Assembly (NCBI GenBank): GCA_028534125.1
Contig: CM052817.1
Location: forward strand, 21,268,001 to 21,332,000
DNA: 64,000 bases
Origin: Lama glama
Lineage: Eukaryota
Direction: 5' to 3'
The first letter of the stretch is position 1; every line of letters begins with the position of its first letter. Below, piece by piece: positions 34,966 through 49,231 of the stretch. The notes beneath the pieces are model-generated. The model searched no databases. It worked only from the letters and a program-made list of their open reading frames with translations, and was not told where the DNA came from. The position numbers and the translations under genes were made by a program.

Positions 34966-36038
34966 GGTTATGGATTAAATTTTGTTACCACAAAAGATAT
35001 GTTGAAGTCATAACCCCTGGTATCTTTGAATGTGAGTTTATTTAGAAGTAGAGTCTTTGCAGATGTAATTAAATTGAGGTCATTAGGGTGTTCCCTATTC
35101 CAGCATGACTGGGTTCTAATATGAAGAAAGGAAATATGAAAACAGACATAGAAAGAAGAACATGAAATAAAAAAGACAGAAATTGGAGCGATGAAGCTCC
35201 AATCAAGAAACATTAAGTATCACTGTCCACAGCCAGACCTAGGAAAAGACAATGAAGAATTCTTCTCAAAGTCTCCAAGGTAACATGATCATGCTGAGTG
35301 GGAGCCCATGATTGGGTTAACAAATTGTAACAGACCCTAGCCGCTTAACTCCTTAAAGAAGAGCAAATGTGCTTAGTAACCTCTTTGCTTACATAGTTGA
35401 GGTTTTAGCAATGACCCAGGCCCTCAGCTGTAAATGCTGGGCGTGCCTGCTGTTAGATAGTCTTCTATCCACAAAACAGCCTTGGGCTGGAATGGTAAAC
35501 AACTTATAAAAAGCTGCAGACTCAGAGGTGAGAAGGCTGGTTAGCCAATGACGGGTAAGATCCCCTGAGAGGGGCAACCTAAGACAGGCTCAGCCGCCTG
35601 AGTCCAAGTTGTTAAGCAACTGTTTCTCATACGTTCTTCCCTGATAAGCTGAAAAGCTCAACAAGATTATGATTCACCAAAAAGGGTCTTCTGACCTTGA
35701 GCCAAACACCAACAATAAACAAAGCCTTTGTACTCATTTGTGATCACACCCTGTCCTTCCCTAAATTCCTGCATTCCTCCTTCGACTGCACTCAATAAAT
35801 ATGGGAGCATTTGAGAGACTCCAGGAGTAGGCTCCCTACTCCCTCTCGCTCTCTTGACTTTTTCCACAGAGTCTTGAGTAATTCATTCCGTCTCAGTGGG
35901 ACTTCTGCCGGCAAACCCACAATGCTGATATTGTGATTTTGGACTGTTAGCCTCCAACACTATGAGTAAATAAATTTCTGTTGTTTTAAACCACCAAATT
36001 TGTGTTATTTTGTTACCAGAGTCAAAAAAATTAATACA
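34966..36038 (+). mobile_element. MaLR LTR (MLT1B/C-like) split into ~34966-35294 and 35922-36038
   Basis: 'aagatatgttgaagtcataacccc...gtctttgcagatgtaatt' then 'gattttggactgttagcctcc...aaataaatttctgttgttttaaaccacc...taataca'. Confidence 0.85.
35295..35921 (+). mobile_element. Younger solo LTR (probably ERV1 class), 627 bp
   Basis: TG...CA termini, 4-bp TSD atgc at 35291-35294 and 35922-35925, internal AATAAA motifs, several retained CpGs; cleanly interrupts the MLT1; strand inferred from AATAAA placement. Confidence 0.8.
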
Positions 36039-36456
36039 TATTCATAAATTTATGGGAATAGGACATGGACATCTTTGGAGAGTCATGAGTCCACTTACCA
36101 CAGATAGAAAGTGATTTTGTAGTTGATTAAAAAGTGGTAGTGACCTGAATATTTTGAGCAAAATATATTGCCCTTAAGCCATCTTTGGAGGATCCCCAAA
36201 GGCACGGTAGCTCGTATTGAGAATATAGCCTTAAATTTCTATAGTTCAAACAGAAGTTGTCCTGAATAGGGATTAATATCTTACCAAAAAGTTTGCCCTC
36301 AACCTTGATTCACACGAAATTAATGATTACGGTCAGTTATTTAAGATATTGCAACTCTCTGGGATATTAGCTGGTGTGGTTTTTTTTGCTCCTGATAATT
36401 GTTTCCGTGAGGAAGAATCTCTAATGGTCCATTTTCCCCATTACTGCCAGAGACTA

Positions 36457-36826
36457 TGTCATGGGCTACAAGTTTATGTCCCTCCAAAATTCAGATGTTG
36501 AAGCTCTAGCCTCCAGTGCTATGGTAACAGGAGGTAGAGGTTTTGGGAGGTAAAGAGATTTAAATTAGGTATTGAGTGTAGAACTCTCATGATGGAATTA
36601 GTGCCCTTCTAAGAAGAAGAAGAAGAGAGAGAGATGAAAGTCCATGTGAGCACACAGGGAGAAGGTGGTTGTCTGCAAGCCAGAGGTGAGCTCTCCCCAG
36701 ACAAAGAATCTACTAGCATCTTGATCTTTGACTCCCTAGCCTTTAAAATTATGAGAAATAAATTTCTGCTCTTTAAACCAGCCAGTCTATGGTATTTTAT
36801 TGTAGCAGTCCTAGGAGACTAAGACA
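36457..36826 (+). mobile_element. MaLR solo LTR (MLT1A-like)
   Basis: 'tgtcatgggctacaagtttatgtccctccaaaattcagatgttgaag...gagaaataaatttctg...gactaagaca'; agact flanks both sides. Confidence 0.88.
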
Positions 36827-37444
36827 AGACTGGGAGAATCTATTTCACATTTCTGGCTTCCTGTTCTTCAATTGGTTCAAAGCTCAGGGAAGTATAAGAA
36901 GCAGTGGTTACTGGACCACCTCAACCCCTATCTACATTTACTAAAGGTTTTAGTACCTGATAGCCTTTCTTCATGATTTCATTTTTCTACCATTTCCCTG
37001 CCTGAATGCAATGCCCACATTATGCAAAATCAAAACAATTTTTCCCATTACAGCTCAATTCCAGTGACTTATTTTTAACGTTAGGCAACCTTTCCTGTGG
37101 TCACATCTTGAATCTTGTTCTATGTCACTGCTAAGAGATCTTGTCATGAAGTTGCTAAAACATCACTATTAACAACAGATGAAAGGTACCATGTTACAAC
37201 ATGAAAATTCAACAACTCCTTTTCACCTAAAATGTCTGCCTTCCCACCTGCTTCATGTCCTCACTTTCACTGCTTGCTTTTATTTTTCATGAACCCTTCT
37301 AATTAAGTCATTCTTAAACTCCAGTGTGCATACAACCCATCTGGGGAATTTGTTAAAAAAAATATGAATTCCACATCTTTCTTAGGGATTTACTGTCATG
37401 CGGTTTTTGATTATTGATAATTCAAAATGATATGAAACACCCAA

Positions 37445-38360
37445 AGAACAAATGGATATCTACATGCAAAAGAATGAAGTTGTATTCTTTCCTTACAGCA
37501 CACAAACATTAACTCAAAATGGATCATAAATCTAAATGTAAAAGTTAAATCTATAAAAAATTTTAGAAAAAACATAGGAGCAAATCTTTGATGTTTTCTC
37601 TGATATGATATCAAAAGCAGAAATGATGAAATAAAAAAATATGTAAGTTGGACTTCATCAAAATTTAAAAAAAATTGTGTTAAAAGTGTTATCATGAAGA
37701 AAGTAAAAACAATTCACAGTATTTGGGGAAATATTGCAATTTGTATGTCTGATAAAGAATTGTATCCATAATATATAAATAACTCTTACAATTCAATAAA
37801 AAACATAAACCAAATAAAGAGCAAGCCAAGTTGCTCAGTAGGTAGTTCCCCAAAGAAAATATGTTTGACATCATTAGCCATTAGGGAAATAAAGTTCAAA
37901 ACCACAATGAGATACTATTTTAAACAAGGAGGATGACTATAACAACAACAACAAAAAATCAGTAATAAGAAGCGTTGGTGAGAATATGGTATAATTACAA
38001 TGCTTGTTGAATCCTTTCTGCTGTTGGGACTGTGAAATAGTATAGAGCCTTTGAAAAATAGTTTAGCAACTCCTCAAAACGTCAAACTGAGTTTCCATAT
38101 GACCCAGAGTTTCCACTCCTAGGGTATACCCAAGGGAAATGAAAATATGTCAAGCAAAAACTTGTACATAGTGTGAATAGAATTGCTGTTCACAATAGTT
38201 ACAAAGTGGAAACAACCTAAATGTCCACAACTGATGAATGGATAAGTGTGATATATCCATACAATCAAATATTAGCAATAAAGATGAAGCACTGTTATAT
38301 GGCACAGCATGGAAGAATGTGGATAAAAACATTCTAAGTAAAAGAAACAACTATGTGAAT
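37445..38360 (+). mobile_element. L1M ORF2 3' fragment
   Basis: 'aactcaaaatggatcataaatctaaatgtaa...cattagggaaataaagttcaaaaccacaatgagatac...ccactcctagggtatacccaaggg'. Confidence 0.88.
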
Positions 38361-39089
38361 TATATTTTCATAAAGTTCTTTAAAAATAAAATAATAATCA
38401 CCCTCTATAAGACAGATGCAGGTGTTTGTGGACAACACTGAGGAACATTGCCCAAATTCTTTGATTCTTTCCATTTTGCCTTAGCCTTAGATACATTTCT
38501 TCTGAACTTGGAAGAGATGCACTATACTGTCACCACTCTTTGTCCTTTATCAGCAGAGTTTTTCCAGAAAAATCTCAATAGTGGACCAATCTTCCAATTC
38601 TCAGGCTTTGCTTCCATTTTTTGACTACACAGTATTGCTGGCAAACAAACAACATTATAGGTTACTGATACTAAAAAAAAAAAAAAAAATCCTCAGACAT
38701 TTATAAACCTAAAACCACTTAAAGCTTTAAACTTTTCCTTAAATATCCTTGTTTCATATTTTATTAAGTAATGATTGAAAAATTCTACTAGCTCCTCAAA
38801 TTCAAGTCTTCATCACTTTCAGCATAATACCTCACCCCCTGCCTAATCTGATAATTGCAGTGATTAGGCACCCACTTCTCACCTCCACCTCTAGCCAGTA
38901 TCTACCAGCATAATTTAAAACAGTTATAACCTTTTTGTTCAGTCTCAGGGCATGGTCCTTCTCTTCTCTGGTTTCAATTTAACTCAGTGCATTCTCTTAC
39001 ATATTCCCCTTTTTATATTAACCTCTCCAGACCCATTCTCTTGGCATACAGTCATCTGAATTTTAAAATGCCCCTTTATCCTTGTATTA

Positions 39090-40240
39090 GTGATGGTTAT
39101 GTTTGATACCAGTCATTGACATAGCAACTGCCAGCAGCTTAAACACAGAAGTATAGGTTTTCTCACATGATCAGGAGACTAGAAATAGTCATTCCAATCT
39201 TGTTTCATGATGCCATTCCATCTTGTTTCATGAAACATGAAATAATCATGTCTCATTTATCTATCAGCTGTCCAGTTTTTAATATTTTTTAAAAGTTCCA
39301 TTATCTCTATTATGTTGGATTTTATTCTCAAGTTTGTTGCCTCATAGTTACAAGATGGCTTGCATACAACTGGTTTGTCCCTTTTTGTGTCAAGGATAAA
39401 AAAACAAGAAAAAAGTAATGAAGCAGAAACATTTCCAGAACTCTGAGGAAGATGTCTACTTACATATCAAAAAATAATCAGAATATTATAAATAAATAAA
39501 TAAAACCACCTTTAAAAAATTCAGGGAAGGATAGAAATTTTAGCTGGGAACGTTACTGATACATTAGTTTACAATGCTGCATAAAAGGTTACCATAACTG
39601 TAGTGACTTAAAACAATACCCATTTATTAGCTGATAGTTCTGTGTCAGAATTCTGAGTTCTCTATTTAGAGGATCACAAGGCCACCTTAATGTATCACCC
39701 AGGTTGGGCTCATATCTAGAGATTCTATGGAATAATGGCTGCCAGGCTTATTCAAGTTGTTGGCAGAATCCAGTTCCTCGCAATTGCAAGTCTGGGTCTC
39801 CAATTCCTTTCTGGCTGTCCACTGGTAACATCTCTTAGCTCCATAGGGCAACACACATTTCTTCTCATAAGTCTCCCTCTATCTTAAAACCAGCAATGGA
39901 CCAGCAAGTCCTTCACACACTTGGAATCTCTGACTTATTTTACTTCTACCGGCTGGAGATTATTCTCTACTATTATATGGCTCATGTGATTTCTTTAGGC
40001 CCATATGGATAATCTCCCTGTTTGAAGGGTGACTACCCCATACAACATAATTAATCAAGGGAAGAATGGCTCATCATATTTACAGGTTCCATTCACACTG
40101 ACAGGAAAAGAAACTATGCAAGTTTGAGCACGTGAGGTCATTCTTAAAATTTTTTATATCACAGCAGCTTTTAACAAAATCAGGGCTTTGTTATAAGAAG
40201 GTGAAAATAGATTCAGTCAGTCTCTTGAAAACAACATGCA
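39090..40240 (-). mobile_element. Nested MaLR LTRs: older MLT1 interrupted by an MLT1E-like LTR (~39560-40163)
   Basis: 'gtgacttaaaacaatacccatttattagctgatagttctgt...gttgttggcagaatccagttcctcgcaattg'; host resumes at 'aacaaaatcagggctttgttataagaagg'. Confidence 0.7.
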
Positions 40241-40789
40241 CCCTTGCTCACTTGACATCCTCAGTAATCTTTACTATTATCTTCATGAACTACTCCCACC
40301 ACATCACTTAATGGAAGAAGTCACTATGGATCTCCAGATTAAAAATCCAGGGTGTGGTTTCTAAGCCTCTATTTTTTGATGATTTCTCAAAAATGCTGGC
40401 AGTAGTAACCTTTCTCTTTTGTGAAACTCTAATCCTAATAACTTACATGACATTTTTTACTTCTACAAATGTTTGTACATTTCTGCTACATAGTGTATAA
40501 TCACGTGGTGACTGCAGGGTTATTACAGCAGGAGAAGCTTACAGTGGTTAATTTATGCATATCCTTCTGCACGTTTTCCTTGAGGTAGGCAGCAGAAAGG
40601 GGATGGAAGAGGAGTTTTCTTCCAATCAGAACAGAAGATGTGGCACTTTGGGTTGGAGCTTCAAAACTTGTTGAGCTACTGGCGATGTTCATACATAGGC
40701 AGAAGTATCCCATTCAGTTAAACAGCAATCAGTTAGTGGTTATGTGGATCCTGCACTACCTCAGACTGACTATGCAGATTCAATAGAAA

Positions 40790-41700
40790 CATTAACCAGG
40801 GAAACTCAATTACAAAGTAAGCATATAACTGAGAATTACCAGATGTTGGAAGAAAGCCATCATCATAAAAGATTGAAAATAGAAAAGGGCTGGGATATAG
40901 AATTAACAGATAAATTGAACAGGATGTTACAGCAAGTATAACTAATATCAACAGAGTGATTCAAAAGTATATTGGATACATTAAAATACAATAAAAATAA
41001 AAAATGATTATGGGGAAATAAGTCAATAGACAGGATGAATATATAATAGAGGCAGTTAAGGAACACATTAGTGAGCTTGAAGATAAAGCTAAGAAGTAGT
41101 CTAAGAGTATATTACAAAATCATATGGGTATGGAGTTTATGAAAAATAAGTTATAAATCAGAAAAGAATTCAGGAATTCAACTGCCTAATAGAAAAAGAG
41201 ACAAGAAAGAAAGGTGTGAACTCAATACTCAAGATGCTATGAGAATGGTTCAGAAATGAAGGGAAAAACTAGACTTCTAGATACCTTCTTGATAGGTTTG
41301 TACATTTAGGAAAAGAGAAAATTCCATAAAACTTCAAAGGTGGAGAATTATAGTTAGTCTACAAAGAGACAATAATAAAAGTTACATATACATGTTAGTA
41401 TCTACCCATATTTATTATTAACAACACTGGATGCAATATTAGAAGACAATACAACAGTAATCATAAGGGAAAATAATTTGAAGTGTACATTTCAATAGGC
41501 AGCCAAAAATATATAATTATTGTATAAAAATTAAATAAAGATATATTCATATATATGAAAGCACTGCCTGAAATAATTTTGCAAGGTATACTCCAAACAA
41601 TTAGAAAAGTTATCCTAGAAAAATTATATTTTTCCCTGAATTAATTTTTTAGAATACAAAGATGAAAATTATTTTCCTGTGTTGAACAAAAACATTAATA
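40790..41700 (+). mobile_element. Ancient L1/HAL1 ORF1-like remnant
   Basis: 'cagttaaggaacacattagtgagcttgaagataaagct...aacaacactggatgcaa...agaagacaat'. Confidence 0.55.
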
Positions 41701-44349
41701 GTAAAACATTTTAATTTACCTTTTTATATATCCCTTTGAATAAAGCAGATACCTCTGACCATTTTTCTAAGTATATATATAAAACATATGCCAGAATGGA
41801 ATATATAAAATGTTTAAATAATGTTAAAAATTCAAAAGTTAAAATACTCAGAATTTTTAATATCTTACTACTTTTACAGCATATGTTATTAAATATAGTG
41901 TTGTTTCCTACATATTTTCAGTATTAATTACCATTTTTTCTAAGCACACAGTAATATATGTATATATGTATATATACACACATACACACACTTTATGCTG
42001 GAAATTTTAGAGGTAAAATAATTTCACCATTAAAAAAATTACACCTGTAAGACGTTAAGAGATTCCAGAGAAAATGCAAAATGTATGACTATCATTTGCT
42101 GAACAGGCCCTGTGAACTATGAAAACAAAGATTAATCAAAGTAAAATCAATATTCAATTACCTGTGTGAGACTGTATGTGATAACTGGGATCCATCACCA
42201 TCTACTCTGTGTAAAACTGGATCCTAAGTCATATATACCCATGTGAAAAATTATATCTGTTTCTTATTTTCTCTCATTGCCCTTAGTATATCACAGCATT
42301 AATAAAGGACTGATTTTGTTTTTCAAGTATGAATAACCTATCCAAACCAAGAAGGAACGTGTTAGCTCAGCAACTGAAAATTCTAAAGGAAGAGAGTTTT
42401 TAGGCTCATCTAGTCAAACATCACCAGGAAGCTTCCAATATGGCTTTAAAGGTAGATTCTCTTAGCAGATGTGCCAGGTTGATATTCTCCCACTTTAACA
42501 TTCCCAGTAGTAACAGGGGGACTTTCCTCTGTTAGAACTAATAGAACTCTTGATATGAATCTCTTGACTAGTTTGGGTCAAATGCCCAACCTCAAACCAA
42601 GAATCTTAGCCAAAACAACAGAGTGCCTTCACTAGACATATTTTAGTCCTCTGAGGATCCAAGTCAGCATCATATAAAGCATAGGGGCCGGGAAGCAAAT
42701 AAGACAAAGCTGAAAAAATAAACTCACTAGCAATAGCCTAACCTTTGTCTCTATATGACTTTCCTTTGAAGATGAACAAACGGTGCTAAATTAATGCATA
42801 CAAATTATTCTGAAAATATACATACACTCTCTGTGAGGAAATCTTATTGCATTATCTATAAGAGAAACAAATGTAAGGGCAACTATTTTACAGGTATTTC
42901 AATTGAAGTATATCAAAAATTAAAGTGCTTATAAACTAAGCTGAAAGCTATACATTATTAAATCTAAAACATTTGTAATAATTTCCCTTAATTTATATAG
43001 AAATCAGTCATCAGTGCTACAAAAAGCAGTAACCTGAAAATTTCCATTAATATTAGTTCACTGATGCATATTTGACTGTGCTTTGAAGAGTGACATTTAA
43101 ACATAATAACCTCATTTAGGTTTCTCGATATGTCTACCCACGTTGTAAGACATATACCTTGATAAAAAGTTAATAGATTTTGTTTCACATGTCATGATTC
43201 ATACTCTGCCTCTTTCAAAATATCTCAGTATTGTTAATATCAGCGGTAGTTTCCTAGTTTCTTCCCCACTTCCACTATACTAGCCTTCAGGCAGATTATG
43301 AGTCTTTTCTATTTGGTTATTTTCTCTCCTAAATGTCTTTTTACTTCAAATATGTGAGAGGGAATGAGGTGGTATCTCAAAAATCAAAATCTAATAGAAA
43401 GACATTATCACTTTTGTGATATTATAGCTAGCTTAAGATGATTTTATAATTCCCTCACAAATAGCAGACACCATAATCCTACCTATGTGTTTGTCTTCAG
43501 CATATGCTGGGAGGTAAGAAATCAATAAAAATCAATGAGAAATAATGAAAATTACTCATAGTCACTTCAAGTCTATCTTCTTCAGTTTCCTTGACAATTT
43601 TTTTTGGGGTAGCTTTTTGCTTTCACTCTTTACTATTATTAGAATTTGAGTGAAAGAGAACAAAGGCATCACATATAGAGAGATCAGAAAGAAGTGTAAC
43701 CCACTTGTGTTCCCAAACTTTGACAATTCTTAATTTAGTTGGGCTGTAGACTCTTCTGTCATGTTGAAATACCCTACCTCATTGGATTTGTCTTATATCT
43801 CAAGCCCCTACTAACCTGGATTTGAGCAACTGATTTTTTTTTCCTTTAATCTGTAACAGTAATCTTCAGTGTTCTCTAAGGATAATGCTAGGATTCTCTC
43901 ATTTGGCTTTCCCTACTCTTGGCTGATGTGAGTAACTACCTCACTTTAGTGATGGGTCCACTGGCCTTTCTCATGGTCTTGGCAACCTACTTAGCTCTAG
44001 GACTGGGCATGCTCATATGATAGATGTCAGGGCACTTGACAGTAATGTTAAGGAACAACAACTGGGTTTAAATTTAGCAATTAAAAAATGTATAAGCAGG
44101 CTGCAATCATCTTCAATACAATTCTTTAAAGCAGTTTGCACTTTAACCAAATGTCTAAAAAAAAAATTTGCAAAAAGTTGGCTCACGACCAAGATTTCAC
44201 AATATTATATCATTTTTGTTACAAGTCAGTCATGTTGAATAAATTTTTTTTAACATTTGCTCTTAATGAATGTGGTTGAATAAATTTAATGAGATAGATC
44301 ACAATCAGTAAACACTGAGGTGTTACTTTTACATCTTACTGATTTATCT

Positions 44350-44775
44350 TGGAGTGGATACTGTGGTGTGCCACCCAGAACCCTAGTGGGTACATTTTCA
44401 GTCACCCTGCTGCTGAGAGTACCACCTGTTGATGGCTCACTAATGAGTCCTCCTTCTAAGCAATGCCCTCAACTGAAGAGAGATAATTTACCAAGTATTA
44501 TTCTCCTTCCTGAAAGTAGCCTACATTTAACGGTCCACATGGAATATAAAGGCTTGTCTCTCTTGACTTCATTTGAGACACTTTGGAAGGTTCATTCCAG
44601 CTTCAAGGATTCTTAAAAGGTTGGATAAAAGATTTTGTTATAACTGCATGACAGTTAAACTTCTACTTCTGCCAAATCCTGCTTCCCTCACTCATGGACA
44701 AAAGTTATTCCTAAAATATTCTCAATAATCCACCTGGAGGCAAATCTTGATCTCCCAACCTGTTCCCCAGGGAGG
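44350..44775 (+). mobile_element. LTR16-like ERVL LTR
   Basis: 'tggatactgtggtgtgccacccaga...cattccagcttc...aacttctacttctgccaaatcctgcttccctcactc...cctgttccccaggga'. Confidence 0.7.
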
Positions 44776-47017
44776 AAAAAAATAATACATTGCTTCTGGG
44801 TATTTATCACAAGAGGGAAGAAATTGGATTCATTTAATTCAGTTACATTTATCTTGATTTCAAACTCAGATGATGTTGAAAGTTACTACACTTCATGCAA
44901 TATAAAGTTTTATTGCTTGTTTCACAAAAAATGATTCAGGATATTTTCTCTGCAGCAGAAAAAAGGATGAAACATACATATTGGATAAATTTTCAAGATA
45001 TAAGTGATCATACACTGATATGAAAAATAAAAATCTTTAAGCTGTAAGTTTTTCTTTACTCTTGTGGACTTCAATTGAATGCCTCTCAGGAAGATACACT
45101 TTCATGAAATAAATTAAGATTTGTTTGGCTTTAATTGTACTGTTTTAGAGCTGCCACAGAAGTGCCTAATGAGACTACCTCATATAATACGATCAGAGCA
45201 CTTCAGAGAGTCATCTTTCTTCCTCTTTCTAGGCAGGCAATTTTCTTGTGAATCATGAGTTTATGTTTCTTTGTGGCTCTATTAACGTCAACCGTTATCA
45301 TAAATAACAAAATCGCAAATCAGTCGAAGGCTTTTGGTAGGAAGGTAACAATTAGTAATTTTCTAAGGTACACAATTTTTTTCTGATTACTTTCAATTTC
45401 CTAGTTATGTATCTTTAATTATTTGAGATGTGTATAATTATGTATTACATTTATCATCAAAGTAAAATGCATATATTATAAAATGTGCACTTTCTTGGTG
45501 TGGAGGATTGAAAAGCATTTTAAAAATCATAAATATAAATTCAGAGGCAAAACTGTTATGAAGACAAAACTTAACCATAGCACATGTTTGTCGCTGCTTA
45601 TTTTATTCCTTTCTAGAAGCACCATTCTTCCACTAGGGCCTAGCACAGTGCCAACCAATTACATGCAGTCCTAAACATTTGGTAAAGTATTGATTTAATG
45701 AATCAATTAAAAGATGAATAAATAATATATTTCCTTAAAGTGAAGAAATATTGGTGATTGAATTTGATAGATGAGTGCTTTGATAGAGAAGGAAAAAGAG
45801 TGAATTCCATGATTCTGACTTGAAGTAGATAGATACCCTGGTGCCCTTTACAGAGAATGTAAGAGTATAGGGCTTTAATTTAATATTAGAGTGTTGGGGA
45901 TAAAATTTGGGAATTGGGAATTGTTTGGTACATATTGAGTATGAGATGCTGAAATCTTTATTCTTCAGCATCTTTATAATTCCCTTGCAAATAAATACAT
46001 AATAAGTTGTATTAAATAACATGCTCTGTAGGAACTATTTAGGAATCCAACAATCATGAACTTAATATGCTTTCAAACTAATTAATGGTGTCAATATATT
46101 TTTAAATGTTAACTATTCATGTTGACAATAATAGTGTTAAATAATGATGCTAGAAATTGCCAGATAGCATCAACCATAAAAGTCAGAGTTTTTTGAAAGC
46201 AATATTTTCCTCCATATCAAAATATACAAGTATATTAAATCATCTGTTGTTTTTTGTCTCTGGAGATCTCTCCTGATATCTGTGAGTTTACACTTTGCTG
46301 CTCTGAACAAATTTTAGGTATTTGTTAGTGGGAAAAAAAAAAAGTAGAAGAGAAAGGAGACAGGTAGATAATCATCTATGTCTTCCAAAACAAAGCAAAA
46401 AATGATCTATCTAAACACAATGAGTCTTTTTTGGTAACCTATGTTGAAACTCATATTACTGTTACATTTTTATGATAAACACCTTAACTTGGAATTTCTT
46501 CTCTATTACCTACTTGACAAAACAGATGGGAGAAAGAAATTATGTAGCTCTGCTCCTCTCTGTTTCTCTTAACATTATATTATCTCCCCAGACATTGGCC
46601 TTGTCCATGTCTTGTTCTTTCTGCCATTAATATTTTGTATTATACCTTAGCTCATGTTAAATGAGTTGTATTTTACATAATACAATATCTCACTTCTTAT
46701 TTACTCTCTAGATCCAGCTCAAATTTCATCTTGAAAGTTTTCCAGCATCCTTCAGGTAGAGGCAGCCACTCACTCACTTATGTATTCTTCCATCCATTTG
46801 ACAAATGTTTATTAACTGTGGACCAGTCACTCCATTAAGTGGCAAAAATACAACACAGAGACAGAGGCAATATGTTCATGGAATTTATATTCCAAAAGAA
46901 TAAACTCACATTAAAAGAAAATTATAAATTGGAATTTGTTGTATGTATGAAATAAAGATTTTGTGGTAATAGTAATGAATAGAAGTGATTAATTTAGATA
47001 TGTTTATGAAAATCTTT

Positions 47018-47384
47018 TTTCTTCTTTCTTTAATTGAGTGAAAGATTCTTTAAATTCTACAGTACTTTACAATTTTCCAAAGTTTCATGTACATGATTTC
47101 AAATAATCCAATAATAACCCTTTTTCCCTTATCCCTATATTTCTCCTTCCTTTCTCCCCTCTCTATTGGTAACCACTAGTTTGTTCTCTGTATCTGTGAG
47201 TCTGCTTCTTTTTTGTTTTATTAATTACTAGTTTGTCATATTTTTCAGATTGCACAAATCAGTGATATAATACAGTATTCATGTTTCTCAGTCTCACTTA
47301 CTTCACTTAGCATAATGCCCTCCAAGTCCATTCATGTTGCTGCAAATGGGAAGATTTCGTTCTTTTTTATGCTGAGTAGTATTC

Positions 47385-47418
<34 letters not shown>

Positions 47419-47532
47419 AGCACAACTTCTTTATCCATTCATCTGTTGATGGACATGTACCTTGCTTCCATATCTTGGCACTGATTAATAATGCTGCTAT
47501 GAACATTGGGGGATGTATGCATTTTTTTCAAG
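47018..47532 (-). mobile_element. L1 3' end, antisense, containing (TG)n, with 17-bp TSD
   Basis: 'cttcacttagcataatgccctccaagtccattcatgttgctgcaaatgg'; TSD tgtttatg(a/g)aaatcttt at 47001-47017 and 47533-47549; (TG)n at ~47387-47416. Confidence 0.9.
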
Positions 47533-49231
47533 TGTTTATGGAAATCTTTGTTTCCCTTTCCAGTGTGCATTTTTGACATTTTTGGTGTATGCTTTTTCTT
47601 TATTTCTTCTGTTAGTTTAGCAGCATCCTTCCAATTTTCCTCCCCTTCTGCCTCGATATAAGTCCTAAGAATCATTATAAATATACAGTGCAATTATATT
47701 AGTAACAGATGGCCTGTGATTAGATAAGGAAAACAATTTTCAATCAGTGCTGGAAATTATTTATTTCAAATTAATACTATTTCTACTTGAGATGCTTAGA
47801 GCTCAAGCATATGTTTACTGTCATACTCACAGATCTGTGGACTGTGAAAATAATCCCCAGTACCATATGTTAAAAGGAATATTTTAGCTGATATATAAAA
47901 TCTACTAATTTTTATTTTCTTCTGTTTTCTTCCTTAAACAACGTCATAAAAATTTTTATTGTTCAATACACTTTTTATTGTTAAGTCAAAATCAAGAGGC
48001 CTTATTATAATTATTTTTTAAAGATTTCATTTATTTATTATGTCAGAACCCTCTGAAATACCTCACTGAATATATGAAATAAATTTAAATGCTTAATAAA
48101 AGGAGTACTTTACTTTTATTGTAAAATAAATTAAATAAAGAAGTGTTTAGAGATGGTTTAAGATCCTTACTTTAAAAAAATCTTCTGTATTAAAAATTCA
48201 TATGTGAGATTAAAATCTTTGATCATAGACAAAAGGTATCAATTGTTATATTCTATTTTAGGATCAAATTTTGATGGCAAGAATAGCCTACTATTCATAG
48301 GATACAAATACAGAAACACAACAGCAAAATGTAAACTACGGTCTTAAGGCAGAGATAAGGCTTCTTAATATAGTAACATATATAGTTTTACACATTTTTA
48401 AAAGCTCTTTTACATGCCTATCACTTAAAAAAACTTAATTTTTAAAATTTTCTTCATAAAAGATACAGAATGATGTATATGAAAGATAAATTATTATGAA
48501 TAATAAATAACTTTTTCCTGTATCTGGTATTCTACTGCCATTAATTGAAAAATATGCATACCAAAGTCAGTTTTGTTTGCATTAAATATTAGTGCCATCA
48601 TGTCATCATCAAATTTGTTTTGCTGAAGTATTTTATGAACCAATTAAATATGAATGCAAACTATTATTTTTTTCACTATGGGAACACAGTTAAATACTTT
48701 GGAATTATTAGATAAAAATGATTCATTTTGAAAAATTGAGTCAGTGGTTCACGAGACACTTTCCAAAGGACTGGAAAAAATAGTGAAAACCTGGATTTTT
48801 TGTCAGACTGTTTAATGTCTCTAAGTTGTTCTTTCATAGAAACAAACTGAATCTCTAAATTATAGATGATGAATCATTGTTTTAGTTTTTAATAGGTAAG
48901 AATCTTGAATGTACAAGTGAAACTCTAAATCATGACCCTGAATTAAAGAATGATGCTAAAATTAATGGGTTTTATTCATCCTTCTACATTTCTCTTCTTG
49001 GAAATCATCTTTCTTGAAAATCCAGGGAAATGATAAAGAAAAAGTATTATCTGCACCAGATATGAGACAAAGTAAACAGTATTTAATTCTCCAAAATAAG
49101 AAGAGTAATATTACATACTCAAAAATTTGAAACCACAGAAATAGGATCAATGGTCTGCTAAGGATAATGGTTTGCCTCTATATGGTCTGACACCAAAAGA
49201 AAACTGTGCATATGAAGTATAGTGAGAACTA

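Larger units (their letters stand above)
34512..36102 (-). mobile_element. MaLR LTR (MLT1D-like) split into ~34512-34965 and 36039-36102
   Basis: Consensus-like 'cttaattcccctttggcatg' resumes after the insert as 'tattcataa...aggacatggacatctttgg...cttaccaca'. Confidence 0.8.
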
